From positions 12,586,001 through 12,650,000 of the forward strand of contig OZ059899.1 of the NCBI GenBank assembly GCA_964057225.1: 64,000 nt of DNA, read 5' to 3'. Numbering within the stretch: the first letter of the stretch is position 1; each line of letters begins with the position of its first letter. The notes under the pieces were generated by a model, which was not told where the DNA came from, searched no databases, and was given only the letters and a program-made list of their open reading frames with translations. Positions 41,908 through 54,292 of the stretch are shown here, in pieces. Made by a program: the position numbers and the translations under genes. Origin of the DNA: Auanema rhodensis. Taxonomy: Eukaryota > Animalia > Nematoda.

Positions 41908-43739
41908 TCCCTGAAGACAGAAAAGCTCATAAGATGTTATTTGAATAGACAACGAATACAAAAATGAGATGAAAATGCCGGGAAATCAAAAAATAGTGAG
42001 AAATACATTTTTTAATATCAATATAACGTGAAAAATTACTGAAATCTATAGCACAGAAAGGTTAAATGAATTAATATATCTTCGTTTATTTCTTCTTCAT
42101 TTTTTCGATTTCAATAAAAATAAGAATAAGGAGACGGAAAACAAAATAATAAAACCAAAGAAGGTTACGTATGTAGCTTGCAGCTGCCATGCTGCCTCAC
42201 AGCAGCGATGAAGTAGAAAAAAAACGGAACTGGATACTATATATCTATATTTTGGTCACAATGTTCAGTTAAATAAAGAAAAAATGGCCTGAATTTGAAA
42301 AGAATAACTAAACGTTTGTCAGAAGCTGTTTTCAGGCTCAGAAATTTGTGAACGACAAGCATTCTCCTACGAAAAAAACATATGGAAAACAGCACGACAT
42401 TTATTGAAATGTCACTTAGATTGCTTTTAAGCTTTGCTTTTAATGTTTTGAAACCATAATAACACAAAGTTGCTAAAAATTGCATATTTCCGTTTTAATT
42501 AGTGATAATAGGCCAAGGTAATTAGTGATTAAAGTTGAGATATGGCCTTGAAAACGAGATGCCCGAAAAATAGTAGACGAAACCAATAACATTTCCGTTT
42601 TGGTTTACAAAACGAGAAAAAGAAAGAAAATCAAGAATGAATAAGTATAGAAAGCTTGTTTCAACATGATAAAGTAGTAAATTTATAAAGAAAATCGACG
42701 ATGTTCACTACATTCAGCTCAGAAAGAAGAATTGTAGCTGAATAAATAGAAACATTTGGAATAAAGTTGGTTGGGGGAGGTGAAATATTCACATTGGTGG
42801 TCAATGAGGAATCATGAACGAAACTGAATGGAGGAGAATTGAAATATATCAAGTTACAGGAGTAGCACGCTAAATTACATTACATCAATTCTTCAATGTT
42901 TAATTGTCTAAATATCATTACCTAATACAGAGGAAGAATAGAAAAGAAATCGGGTAAGACTATTGCTTAAAGCTTTACGACGAGATTCAAGAAACAAATT
43001 GAATGTAAGACATGGTGATTGGGTTGAAAGCGAAGGCGTCAAACTGCTTATAGTCATCCATACTAGGCCAAATACACACACAACCACACACCACACATGC
43101 TGGACTTAAACCAAATAGTGAAAGACATATACGATTCTGACCATAAGCAACTAATAAGCTCGTGGTTTTTATTGTTTTTATTCAAAATTTGATGATAAAT
43201 AAAGAAAAAAGAATAGAATATATTTTTCTCTCTATATATATAGTCTAACGATGTTATTGGTTTATTAAACATGTACATATAAGTCAAATAAGAAAGGAAT
43301 ATATCAGTGTAGCATTGAATATACATACAAAATAGCTCAAATACATATTCACACTATTGAAATGTGCAAGATTTAAAAGATGCTGCTTGTAGTTATACAT
43401 CAGTTAAAACACTCTTAAGCTTAAATCTTCATATTAATAGCAGATGTTAGAGGAAAGTTAGTCTGAAACCACCGAAGGAACTTTATGTCCAGGGTCGTTC
43501 TAGTAGAAAGAGAGAGAGAGAGAGCGACATGTGTGTATTGGCGGGGGTGCACCACAATCGATAGCAAACGGACGGACGGGCCCCACCCTCACCAGGGAAT
43601 GAGACCTCAGCAGCACTTGCTGACGGATAAACCTTTTAAGTTTAAATTAGCTATAAGAAAAGTTATTTTATATTGTTGTATTGAAGAGTTAAAAGCTTAA
43701 AAAAATATAGAACTGTCTATTTGCTTGATCAGCTAGTTT

Positions 43740-44490
43740 GTTTGCGTTATGAACGCCGCGGAGCGAAGAGACGCCAATCATCCCGCGAGATTGCCAAGAT
43801 TTGTAGACCTCAAAGGCGCTTTTTCTAAGCGAGACCTATCTCATACTTTGTAACACTTGTGAAAAGAATAATATGTAAATGTTTTTTTTTAAAGTAATTA
43901 TGTAAATTACCATATTATTATAGAATTTCACAATAAGTCAACAGGATAAGTTAATAAAGCGTCTTCAACATAAAAAAATATCTTATCTGCTTTATCTACA
44001 ATTTTCACTCCAAGTTAATATATCTTACCAACTTATCAAACAATTATCAAAGGTCAATCTTGGAAAAAAGTTGTATCCTATATTATTACTTAACGATAAA
44101 TTGATTATTTTTCTTATATTTACTAAAAAAAACTTGATTTTTTTTTATTTTTATCCAACAACCACTCCATATACTAAACTCACAGTTGGATATTTCGTAT
44201 ACAACATACTAACACGGATATAAGGTTGGACTGATCGGAAAACGGTGCCTCAGATTATTGCTACAAAAATTGGTCTCGCACAGATTCGCTGAGTATTTAA
44301 CGCGTTACAAACGTGGCTGTTTAAAAATAGTTCTTATTTGTACTTTGATTTAATTAAATTGATTTTTAAACTGTTTTTTTAAAAGCTCTTACCATAAATA
44401 TATATTGTAAACATCTATGCGCATTAATTTATCCTATTTTTATAATATTCTATATTTAAATAAGTTGCTAATATCACTAACTTTAAGGAA
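43740..44490. promoter_or_regulatory. Promoter region between divergently transcribed ctn-1 and NOP58
   Basis: CpG-enriched patches at 43742-43836 and 44230-44320, an inverted GCGAGACC/GGTCTCGC pair, an AT-rich outron-like stretch and a TTTAAG acceptor 3 nt before the NOP58 ATG. Confidence 0.55.
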
Positions 44491-46395
44491 ATGTTAGTTC
44501 TGTATGAAACAGGAGCGGGTTACGCCATATTTAAAGTAAATGATGAAAAGAAACTTAAAAATGTAGATAATATTTGGGATGAATTTGCCACCGCCAAGAA
44601 AGCTCAAGAACAGTAAGATTTTTTTGAAAATTTCCATTATTTATGTTTATTATTTAGGTTGCAATTGATCTCATTCAAAAAGTTTAAGAGTACTACTGAA
44701 GCTGTTGAAGCTAACACCTCAATTTTTGATGGAAAGATCAATAAGACTCTTAAGAAGCTTATTAAGTCTAAGGTTGAAGAAGGAGAGTCTCTTGCTGTCG
44801 GTGATGCCAAGTTAGGAAATTTAATCAAGGTATTTTTAACTGATATTCTGTTGCTAATATATCTATTATAGGAAAAGTTAGAAGTTAGCTGTGTTCACAA
44901 TGCTGGAATCAATGAGTTAATGAGAGGAATCAGAGCTCATGTCGATTCACTTCTTGGAGAACACAAAACCGAGATGAACGCTATGAATCTTGCCGTTGCT
45001 CACTCTCTTGGAAGATATAAAGTTAAATTCAACCCAGAAAAAATTGATACTATGATCGTCCAGGTTTGCTTTTAACAGATAATTGTTTAAAATTATTTTT
45101 CTTGTTAGGCTGTTTCCCTTCTTGATGATTTGGATAAGGAATTGAACAATTATGTAATGAGATGCAGAGAATGGTACGGATGGCACTTCCCCGAACTTGG
45201 AAAAATTCTCCAAGATCATATGGCTTTTGCTAAGGTTTGGTTCTACTTCAATTTATAGTAGCTATATTTTTTTTTACAGATTGTAAAGGCTATTGGAATG
45301 AGACAAAACGCTATTAATACCGATCTTTCAAGCATTCTTCCAGAAGAACTTGAAGCTAAAGTTAAGGAAGAGGCTGAAATCTCTATGGGTACTGATATTT
45401 CTAAGATTGATTTGATTCACATTTCTGGTCTCTGTGACCAAGTTATTGAGTTAACACAATACAGGTATTCGAAATGCTTCTTTTTTCTGTTTTATAAATT
45501 GTTGTTTCAGAACTCAGCTTTATGATTACCTCAAGAACAGAATGGCTGCTCTTGCTCCTAATCTTACCTGTCTTCTTGGAGAATTAGTTGGAGCTCGTCT
45601 CATCTCTCATGCTGGATCTCTCGTTTCCTTGGCCAAGGCCCCTGCTTCCACTGTTCAGATCCTTGGAGCTGAGAAGGCTAGTATTGGTCACATTGTGACA
45701 TTATTTTCCTTCTATGATTATATTTTTTAATGGGATTTGATTAGTGGTTGTTGTGTGTTAGGTATTTTATGGGGGGATTTTTGCGATCTACGCTTTAGTT
45801 AGTAATATTCTTACTAACATCTAATCTTTCAGGCTCTTTTCCGTGCCCTCAAGACCAAGAAGGACACTCCTAAGTACGGTCTCATCTATCATGCCCAACT
45901 TATCACTCAAGCCCCAGCTAAGCTGAAGGGAAAGGTAAAGCGTCTTAGTAGCAAAATTTTATTTTTCATGTTGTGGTTGTTTAGATGGCCAGAAAGCTCG
46001 CTGCTAAGTGTGCCTTGGCTACCCGTATTGATGCTCTGTCTGACGAAAGCAAGGCTGCTGAAGTCGGTATTGAAAGCAGAGCTGCTTTGGAGAACGTTTT
46101 GAGAAACGAAATGGAGAGAGGACCAAAGAAGATTGGTGGTGCTACTCATAAGCATGAAAAATATCATTTCAAGAGGTAACATTTCAAATCACAGTTTGAT
46201 TTCAATTTTTTTTTCAGTGAAACCTTCGAATATGATGGATCCCATGATGCCCCTAAGCCAAACAAGAAACATAAGTTTGAAGAAGATGATGATGATGAGC
46301 AAAAGCCTGTCGTCAAGAAGCCTAAGGTTGAGGTAGAAGAAGAGGAACAGGAAACCCCCAAGGAAAAGAAGAAGAAGAAGGATAAGTCCCAATAA
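44491..46395 (+). CDS. nol-58: Nucleolar protein 58, box C/D snoRNP core protein
   Basis: [15 protein letters not shown]..., [135 protein letters not shown], and a Lys/Glu tail ending DKSQ*. One intron needs a GC donor. AATAAA at 46477. Confidence 0.96.
45677..45832 (+). other. GC-AG intron of NOP58 (156 nt, structured)
   Basis: The conserved GAEK|ALFRALK is restored only by splicing AAG|GCTAGT to CTTTCAG|GCT. Confidence 0.88.
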
Positions 46396-46612
46396 GACTA
46401 TATATAAGACTAAACATTGTTATTTGTTTTCGTTACTTGTTGTGAAAATTATTTCTTTGTTGACTGTTGAATTCTGAATAAAAGGAATTAGAACTTTAGA
46501 CAATTATGACTACTATCTGTTCGGCGTATTCAATATGCATTGTAAATGAATTCGCGGAATGACTGCTTCGATATTTCATAGGTTTTTAATTTAAAAACAA
46601 TACATATGTATA

Positions 46613-48535
46613 TTACATTATAAGGAATTGATCATTCGGGAATTTTTTCGTTAATTTAAGGTCTTGTTTGGCACGTGTACATCGACCATTAATGCATTTA
46701 GCTTTGTAACAGATTTCAGTTCCTTCAAATCCTTCGCAATTTCCACCTAATTTTACTTTGCTCATGCACATGGGATCCTTGTTCTCAACAGTTCCACAGA
46801 ATAAATATCTGCGAAAAGGTATATCTGATTCAGTTTCTATTCAATTTTTAACTTACGGTGAGCCACAGTCTCGATTTATGGCATTACATGTGGGTCTTGC
46901 GTCGAATTCATACATTTCTTCAGTGTATAAATTGGATAGAGCATTACGATTTGTAAAAGGCTGTAAATGAAGATATATCAGGCTTTAAAGCTTTGAACAA
47001 CTTTTAAAAATGGCATTTTGCTGTCAATAAAATGCCAAGCGGGGAAACATTTAGGATCAGATTTAGGATATTGAGTCTCTCGCTCCTCTTTCGTCTGAAA
47101 TGGTCCAAGGAAACATGCGCCAATTTGATAGGCAAAAACCTGTTTATTTTGCCGCCAGGTTTCAAAGATGAGATCAATCATAGAGTGGTGGTATATGAAA
47201 ATCACGTCATTGGATGAACTATGAGATTGGCCCATATCACCACCTGAAAACGTAATATTTTCTACTTGATTAAGATACATATAAACAAAACTGACTAATG
47301 AAAAAATGAACATAATCATGGGAGTATTCTAACATTCTAGCGTCAAGCGTATGGTTCATGGGACATGTCTGAAAGAAATTATTATATCTTTATATCTAAA
47401 ACCTTTAATACTGTCATAGGTAATGTAGCTCCAAGAACCATATTAATATCATCATTTGTTGTTAACCAGTCAACTCTGGCATGATTTAATAGTTCTCCGG
47501 ATGGGTCATCATGATAAGCTCTTTGGATATGTGGTCGGCCCTGGAACTCATACTACGATGTTTCGTCTCTTCTAGAACAACTCACTTCCATTGTTGTCCA
47601 GTTGGCGTAGGGTCCAGTTATCACATATCCATCCACGTCAACTTCTCCCAAAAAGAGATTTGAAAACATTATAGAATCATAAGGATCAGGTAGGTACGCA
47701 TCTAAAGTGGAATCCCAGTACGGAATTCCCATGTTTACATCTTGATTGTATCGCCGGAGTACAAGTTCAACTCTAAAGAAAAAAAAATGAACTGATCTTT
47801 GCTATGTGTTTTAATAACGAAAGTAAACAAGTAAAAAAAACAGATTTCACTTTGGAATTACGAATGAACCAACCGTTTCAGAAATTCACGATGCCATAAA
47901 GTAAAAGCTGGACCAGAGTGGACTCCAGAATATTTATGAATCCGACTAAGTCTATTGTAAACATTATTGGATTTTAAATAATTTATAGTATACTAAATAG
48001 AAAATAATTCAAAATAGAAATCTTATTTTATATTTTTACCTCAAACAGCCGTCTTTGCTTATCCGATAACATCCGAATCTCAGTTCTTTTAGCTTTTTTA
48101 AGGATCTGCTTATTAGGAAGAACGCATTCATTGTTCTCTATTTTGCCTTTAAATGAATAAGTGCTAGAATATGGTGCTTAGAGCTAATTACCATCAAAGT
48201 AGGGACACACACATTTCCTAGTTAAGCATGGCAAATATTGAGCTTCTTTCCATGTCCAATCTGGAGGAATAAACACATCATCTTCAGGAACTCGATGCTG
48301 TCCGAAACCAGCTCGGTCAGCATCAGCTGGTTCAACCTATGATAGGTAGTGTGTGAAAGCTAGTCACGAGACAATATATTCTTACTCTACGATGATCTTG
48401 ATGGGGAACACGAAACCAAGGCTGTTCGAGAACCGTCGTATATGTATGATTAGCAAGAGTTATCTCCTGCCGAAAAACAAATCCAAATATTGAAAAAAAA
48501 CTAAGAAACAAGCAGCTAAGAAACAACGCGACCAT
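46613..48535 (-). CDS. Secreted tyrosinase (type-3 di-copper), nematode tyr family
   Basis: Signal peptide MVALFLSCLFLSFFSIFG, CLTRKCVCPYFDG, CuA IHKYSGVHSGPAFTLWHREFLKR, GIPYWDSTLD, CuB SHDYVHFFISGDM...NDVIFIYHHSMIDLIFETWRQ, and a Cys-rich tail CMSKVKLGGNCEGFEGTEICY...FLIM*. All six copper-binding His are present. Confidence 0.93.
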
Positions 48536-50948
48536 TTTCAGATAATTCTGAAAACAAATTTGAAAAACACTATTATTCATTCTTATATACTTATAGACAA
48601 TTTTTAAATTTATTTAATTTTGGAAATTGAAAGGGCACCTACAGTATCAGTCCACATGTCGCTGGATGTCGAAATAAGGAGACAAAGAGAGAAACAGAGA
48701 GAGTATTCACTCAGTTCGTGGAATAGGCAAAGAGTGGTTAGCTTTTGAAATAGTTGAAAGACTTTCTCAGCAATTCAATGATAATTTTTCTATCTTTGGC
48801 CAACCAAGACAAAATTGGCCAGGAACGATTGTGAACAGGCTACTTTACAACCACGATTCGACAAATTATTGAGAAAGCGAGAATGTCGTATGAAAAGTTT
48901 TTTAAACATTTGGCATTGTTTTAACAAGAAAAATAACCACATAATGATAAAAACAGGTGAACTTAAAGAGTAAATCATGATTTTTATTGCATACCTTTAA
49001 ATATTCTAAGAGACAGTCCTAGAAGATAACAATCATGAAAATACCAATTCTAAGATGTCCAGCAACAGCAGAATAACTACTAAACTTTGAAATACTAAAT
49101 GATTTTCTGATGTTCTGTTAACAACAGGTTTCCTACCTCATATTATTTATACACATCCAAACATCTGCCATTTCGTTTTTTTAGCTTTTCTTCATGAATC
49201 CTGATTTTCTAGGTCAGATAAAGAAATTAGTCGTCGACGATAGTGTCCAAGGAGAAGGCACTGAAACACACTCACTGCATTTAAGATACAAAGACAAAAC
49301 TATACTAGAAAGTAGAATATAAGATAAGTGAAAACAAAAAAAAATTATTGTTATCGTTAGATAGAATAGCTGATTTTTTTTGCCTAAGATTATATAGTAA
49401 AAGCTGAGACACTGCAAGGTCGTTTCATGATTATAATGTGGTTTTATTAAAAAAATTGTATGATATTAGTAGAACCATTAAACCACATTTTGGTGGGGTT
49501 AAAAACATATTTCAACTATTACAATCTTTAAAAGAACGTTTTTCCTTAATTAAATAAAACTGAACGAGAACGTACCTGTGCTACTTTACTGTAACCGTCG
49601 CCGAGATCATCTAAACGCAACCGCATCACACGTTTTGCAAAATAGAAATAAAATTAACGTCGCGTCAACGGTACTCTTGCTCTTGCTCGTAGTGTAATAA
49701 GTCAATTTAGAAATCATTATATAATTGAAAAATGGCCAAAATAATGTTCTAATACTACAACAACTACTCTCTGCTTACTATTCTTAACGTTATATTGTAC
49801 ACAATCTGTTATATTCACTTATTATTCTTATAGATGCATGTCTCTAACATAAATCAAGTAATTTTTGATATTCAATCGTTAAAAACTGAAAACAAATCAG
49901 CTGAAAGCTTAAAAGAGCCGGCTGTCCCATCTAAATGCCGCTAATTACAAGAAATATTATGAATTTTGAAACTTAAGATGTGCCGCAAATAGTCAAGTCA
50001 CGCCCCTTTTTCCCACGAGGCATTGTGCAAAGTGATGATACGCAGACATTAAAGTAGATCATAAGTTCCCACATATCATGTGGTCTTGATTAAACCATGC
50101 TGCACTTTAAATTACCCATAGTTATAGTATCAAACCATACACACAAGTGGAGCAGTCAGTGGTTGTTGAGAGAATGATCAGAGAAGAAGTGGGAGGTCTC
50201 GACTCGTTTTTCTCTCAATTTGTTAGTCAAATTGATGCCTAAATTGAGCATAATATAACTTTGATTTGAAAATATTCGAATGTATTTTGATTGCAATCGA
50301 ATTAAGTAATAGCTTTGTCATCTTATATAGTAGTTCATTTTGAGAACCTTCTAAGTTTACGACAGCTACTGAATGAAGCATGAAATTGCTGCAGCATTTC
50401 AACATGATTATCCATCCAATCATTAAAGTATTTTTAACCTTTTTCTTTAAATTGTCTATAATAAATAGATTTTAAATCAACATTATTCTGATTTTTAAAA
50501 GGCTTGATGTTCATTAGAATATCGAACTATTCACATGAGTAAGTGCAAACTGATATTTGAATTAGCATATTATCTTCGCAATCTCATGAATCCCGTGTGA
50601 TAAGTTAACTTGATTTGATCTAAAATGGCAAAATGTTTGAACCAAAAATGTATTTTAAAGCTTAAAAACTTGAAAATGTCATGTTTTACTGTGAATTTAT
50701 ATGAAACATGATGACATGCATGATAAAGGACATAAGTTGTCAACGGTAATATGCTCGCATAGACGATTTAAATTGTGTTGGCTTCTTGAAAATCTATGCA
50801 ATCATCATGATTGCGTTTGTTCCACTCAACATAGTCCCCAGACACTGATTTTGTGATTTCATTTGAGCTTCTGGTTGGCTTCAAGCTCCATCTTTGAGAT
50901 GGCTAAATGCTTAGTTGGGAGTAGCGTCTATGAGATGACAGCAAAAAA

Positions 50949-50960
50949 AGGGGCGGGGCT
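50949..50960 (+). promoter_or_regulatory. GC box (Sp/KLF-like) about 100 nt upstream of the homeobox gene
   Basis: GGGGCGGGGC in an AT-rich background. Motif match only. Confidence 0.4.
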
Positions 50961-51060
50961 TAATAGAGTCAACTGACTGCCACTCTACGGTATAGAGCTT
51001 TTCAAAGCTCAATCGTGCTCTCATCAGAAACAGCTGCTTATATCCTTATCTGGCTATCAA

Positions 51061-51821
51061 ATGATGATAACTGATCTACAGTTTCCTGTTGGTTTCATCT
51101 CTCCGTTTGTCGTGCCATATATGCCCTTGTATCCGACAACATCAGCCGCAACTTCCCTGTATCATTCAAGCCTTCATAATCAGAAAAGATTCACTCCATA
51201 TTCGATCAAAGACATACTTGGCTTAGAAGACAATATGGAAAAAATAGTTGGTAAGTATATAAAAACATTTCCATTTTTTAAAATTAGTTGTAAGAAAAAT
51301 CCTTTTAAGTTTTTTAAAAATATTCCAATTAGTAGTATTCTAATATTTCGAAATTATTTAACTGTTTTCAGACAGCATTCATCATCATTTCCCGACGTCA
51401 GCTAGTGCTCCAATGAAGAAGAAAAAACCAAGAACAACTTTTAGTGGACGACAGATATTTGAATTGGAAAAGAGGTAAACTATTAATTATATAAAAACAT
51501 TTAATTATATTCGTCTATCTTAAGATTTGAATCTAAGAAATATCTCTCAAGTGCCGAAAGAAGTGAATTAGCTAAGATGTTGAATGTAACAGAGACCCAG
51601 GTATTCGAATTATAGTTTCATGTCGTAATAACTTATTGATTTGATTACAGGTTAAGATTTGGTTCCAAAATAGACGTACGAAATGGAAAAAAACTGAAGT
51701 GGATTGCAAGAATTCAGAAGAAAATGAGCCATCACCTGCCCTGTTACCAATCTTACCATCTTCTCCCATCACTTCATCTGTAATTTCATCGAATTTTAAC
51801 TCTGAAACAGATATAAAATAA
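51061..51821 (+). CDS. ceh-9: NK-class (NK7-like) homeobox transcription factor, 4 exons
   Basis: eh1 motif YSIKDILG. Spliced homeodomain [58 protein letters not shown]. TAA at 51819-51821. The ceh-9 assignment is from memory of that homeodomain. Confidence 0.88.
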
Positions 51822-54292
51822 ATCTATTACTCTTGTATTTACTTAATGTGGGTTATTTACTGGAGTCAATCTATTCTCAAATTAATTTCGACTGCATCCT
51901 AAGCATGTTTTACCACTACTTTACGATCTTAAAGCTCTTAAATTTGGGTCTTGAGGGGATTCAAACAATAAAGAAAGACTGAAAAAATAGGTGGATCGTA
52001 AGCTTCTAATAAAATAAGGAGATACAGCGCTTTTCGTTCAGTTAAGTATTATGTACTGAATCGTTCAACTATCATTAAATCCTATTCCGATTTGATTCTA
52101 TGACTGAAGAGTGTCGTTTGCGACAAACGAGAGCCCAATTGGATAGCATGCTTTGATGCGAGCTAATGAAATCAAGTTGAGATCCTCCATTCCCGCCTTG
52201 TAATCTGCAATAAGAGCTGTGATATTCTCAATAGATCTCTGGCTATTACAAACGGGTTTTCAATTCAAATTCAAGAAAACGCAACTTCCAACCGTGTAGT
52301 CCAAGAAGAAGCTAATTTTCAATATAGAAAATGAACTTGGAAAACTCTAAGACATCATCTACCTTAGTTACGATACTAATAGAGTAATCGAGTAGATGCT
52401 TTTCCTTTTCCAACTTTTCGAAAAATAGAAAATGAACTTGAACTATTCCATTTAAAACATTAAAACGAATAACATTGATTACAAAACGATCAGCTCATGA
52501 AAGTTCTTCAGAATATACTTCCTGGTGTTCTACAACATATTTAGATTGAAAAGCTCAAATATTTTTTTCCAGAAATTACATTTGACATGTCTCACTAACC
52601 ACACTCTTTCATTGCAGGAAGACGAATACGTCTTCTTGGGAATCCGAAAAAAGTCTGAATCAGAAGATATTTAGTATACTGAACGTTATATTCCTTCATA
52701 TTTAAGAAGCTGATATGGAAAAACTGATAATACATGAAGCCAAGTTGATTAAAGAACAAACATTCATGACGATTAAGAACAGCAGTCACGAAGTATGCTA
52801 AAGCTTCCAGAATTTGTATTAGTCATGGGGAATTTAACAGGTTCACTTACCTTCTTTAGTATACTAAAAAGGTTCAATAGAGCGAACGTCAAACTAGGAA
52901 TACTACATGATTGCTTCAAAATGTTTTGACCTATTACTTTCAGAAAAAAAGGTCAATAGAATAAACCTTACTTACCTCACAATGGAAAGATTTATGAGCA
53001 AAAGCCATATCCTGCAAGTATGCAAACACTGATTTATGAAATAATATGAAAACCAGCTATAACATTTCAATATTAAACTATTTAGAAAGAAAAATTCAAA
53101 GGAATGTTATGAGTAAAGCTATGAATAGCCATAACAGTGCCTAAAATTGAACAACAAATCCTTATAATCAATTGAAGAAATTCAATTTCTTTTTCAGGTT
53201 CAAATTTTAAATTATTTTAATTTAAACAATAAATATAAACTTTGGAATAATATTGATAACCTTTAACAAAGATATCATTATTCTAACTCACTGGGTTAGG
53301 CTATTTCGCAATCATAAATGCCACTGATAGTTTGAACTACAGATCAAATGAGTGAATGAGAAAAAAAAATGTTTGTCGCCAATAAACGCCACCAGTTTAC
53401 GGAAATTGTACTACAAGAAAGTGAAACTTGCATCATTGTTGTTGGTAACCTTTGATTGCCTATTGGTCCGATTTCAGCAATTCGAAGAAATTTCAGAAAA
53501 CTCGACAACAATCTTGTATATCAGAACTAGATATATGAACAAGATATGAACGTATCTGGATACAACAAAGGTAGCGGATCAAATTAGAAGAAAATAGAAA
53601 TACAAACATACAACAAGGTTTAAACGCGTGTTCATAATGCATAGTGATCCTCTTTTAACTTTTCTTTTACCAGCAGATTCTCAACGAACACTATTACTCG
53701 TCGGTTGAGATCATGCTCTATGAGACCCTCCATATGCAACCGCTCAATCTACCTCATGCGCTTTAAATGAAATAGCTTACCAATTCTTTTTTTTATGCTG
53801 TGAATGCTGCTATGCAAAAATTTTTAATTCATTTTTCAACTCATTTGACATTTTATGATTTTTGTTTATTTGTTTTTATCTTTTGGCAAGATCTACATAT
53901 CACTTTTCACTTTTCTTGTCTGTACTCGTAAACTTCGTATTCGCTAATGACATCCTGATGTGTCACTCCAGCTCCACCTTACCATATCGGCCTTCATCGA
54001 AGTGGTTGTCTCGATCTCAACATCATCAACATCGTCACAATTCATTCGAAGATATTTCATTTGCTTTCTATGAACGCGTGTATCTTAAGAATTAAATGAA
54101 AAATTTCAATACACCTCTCCAGAATCTCATAGTCTTCTAATTCTTTTCATTTCTCTCTTAAATTTCTAATTGCATCTCTTTATCTCTTTGTGCCAAACAA
54201 AATCATAGGATCTTCCATTTCGGCTGATAGGCGTTATCAAGGTGATGACCCCCTTTTCCAGAGAAGACACTGCATTATTGCGCGTTCACTCG

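Noticed and set aside
42169-42190. Upstream ctn-1 exon MAAASYI
   Set aside because: Its phase-1 donor is out of frame with the acceptor before the ctn-1 ATG.
45677-45832. Canonical C/D snoRNA in the NOP58 intron
   Set aside because: No CUGA D box and an imperfect C box; kept only as a degenerate regulatory candidate.
49435-49489. 10-bp inverted repeat AATGTGGTTT/AAACCACATT
   Set aside because: Short, unpaired AT-rich interior and no target-site duplication.
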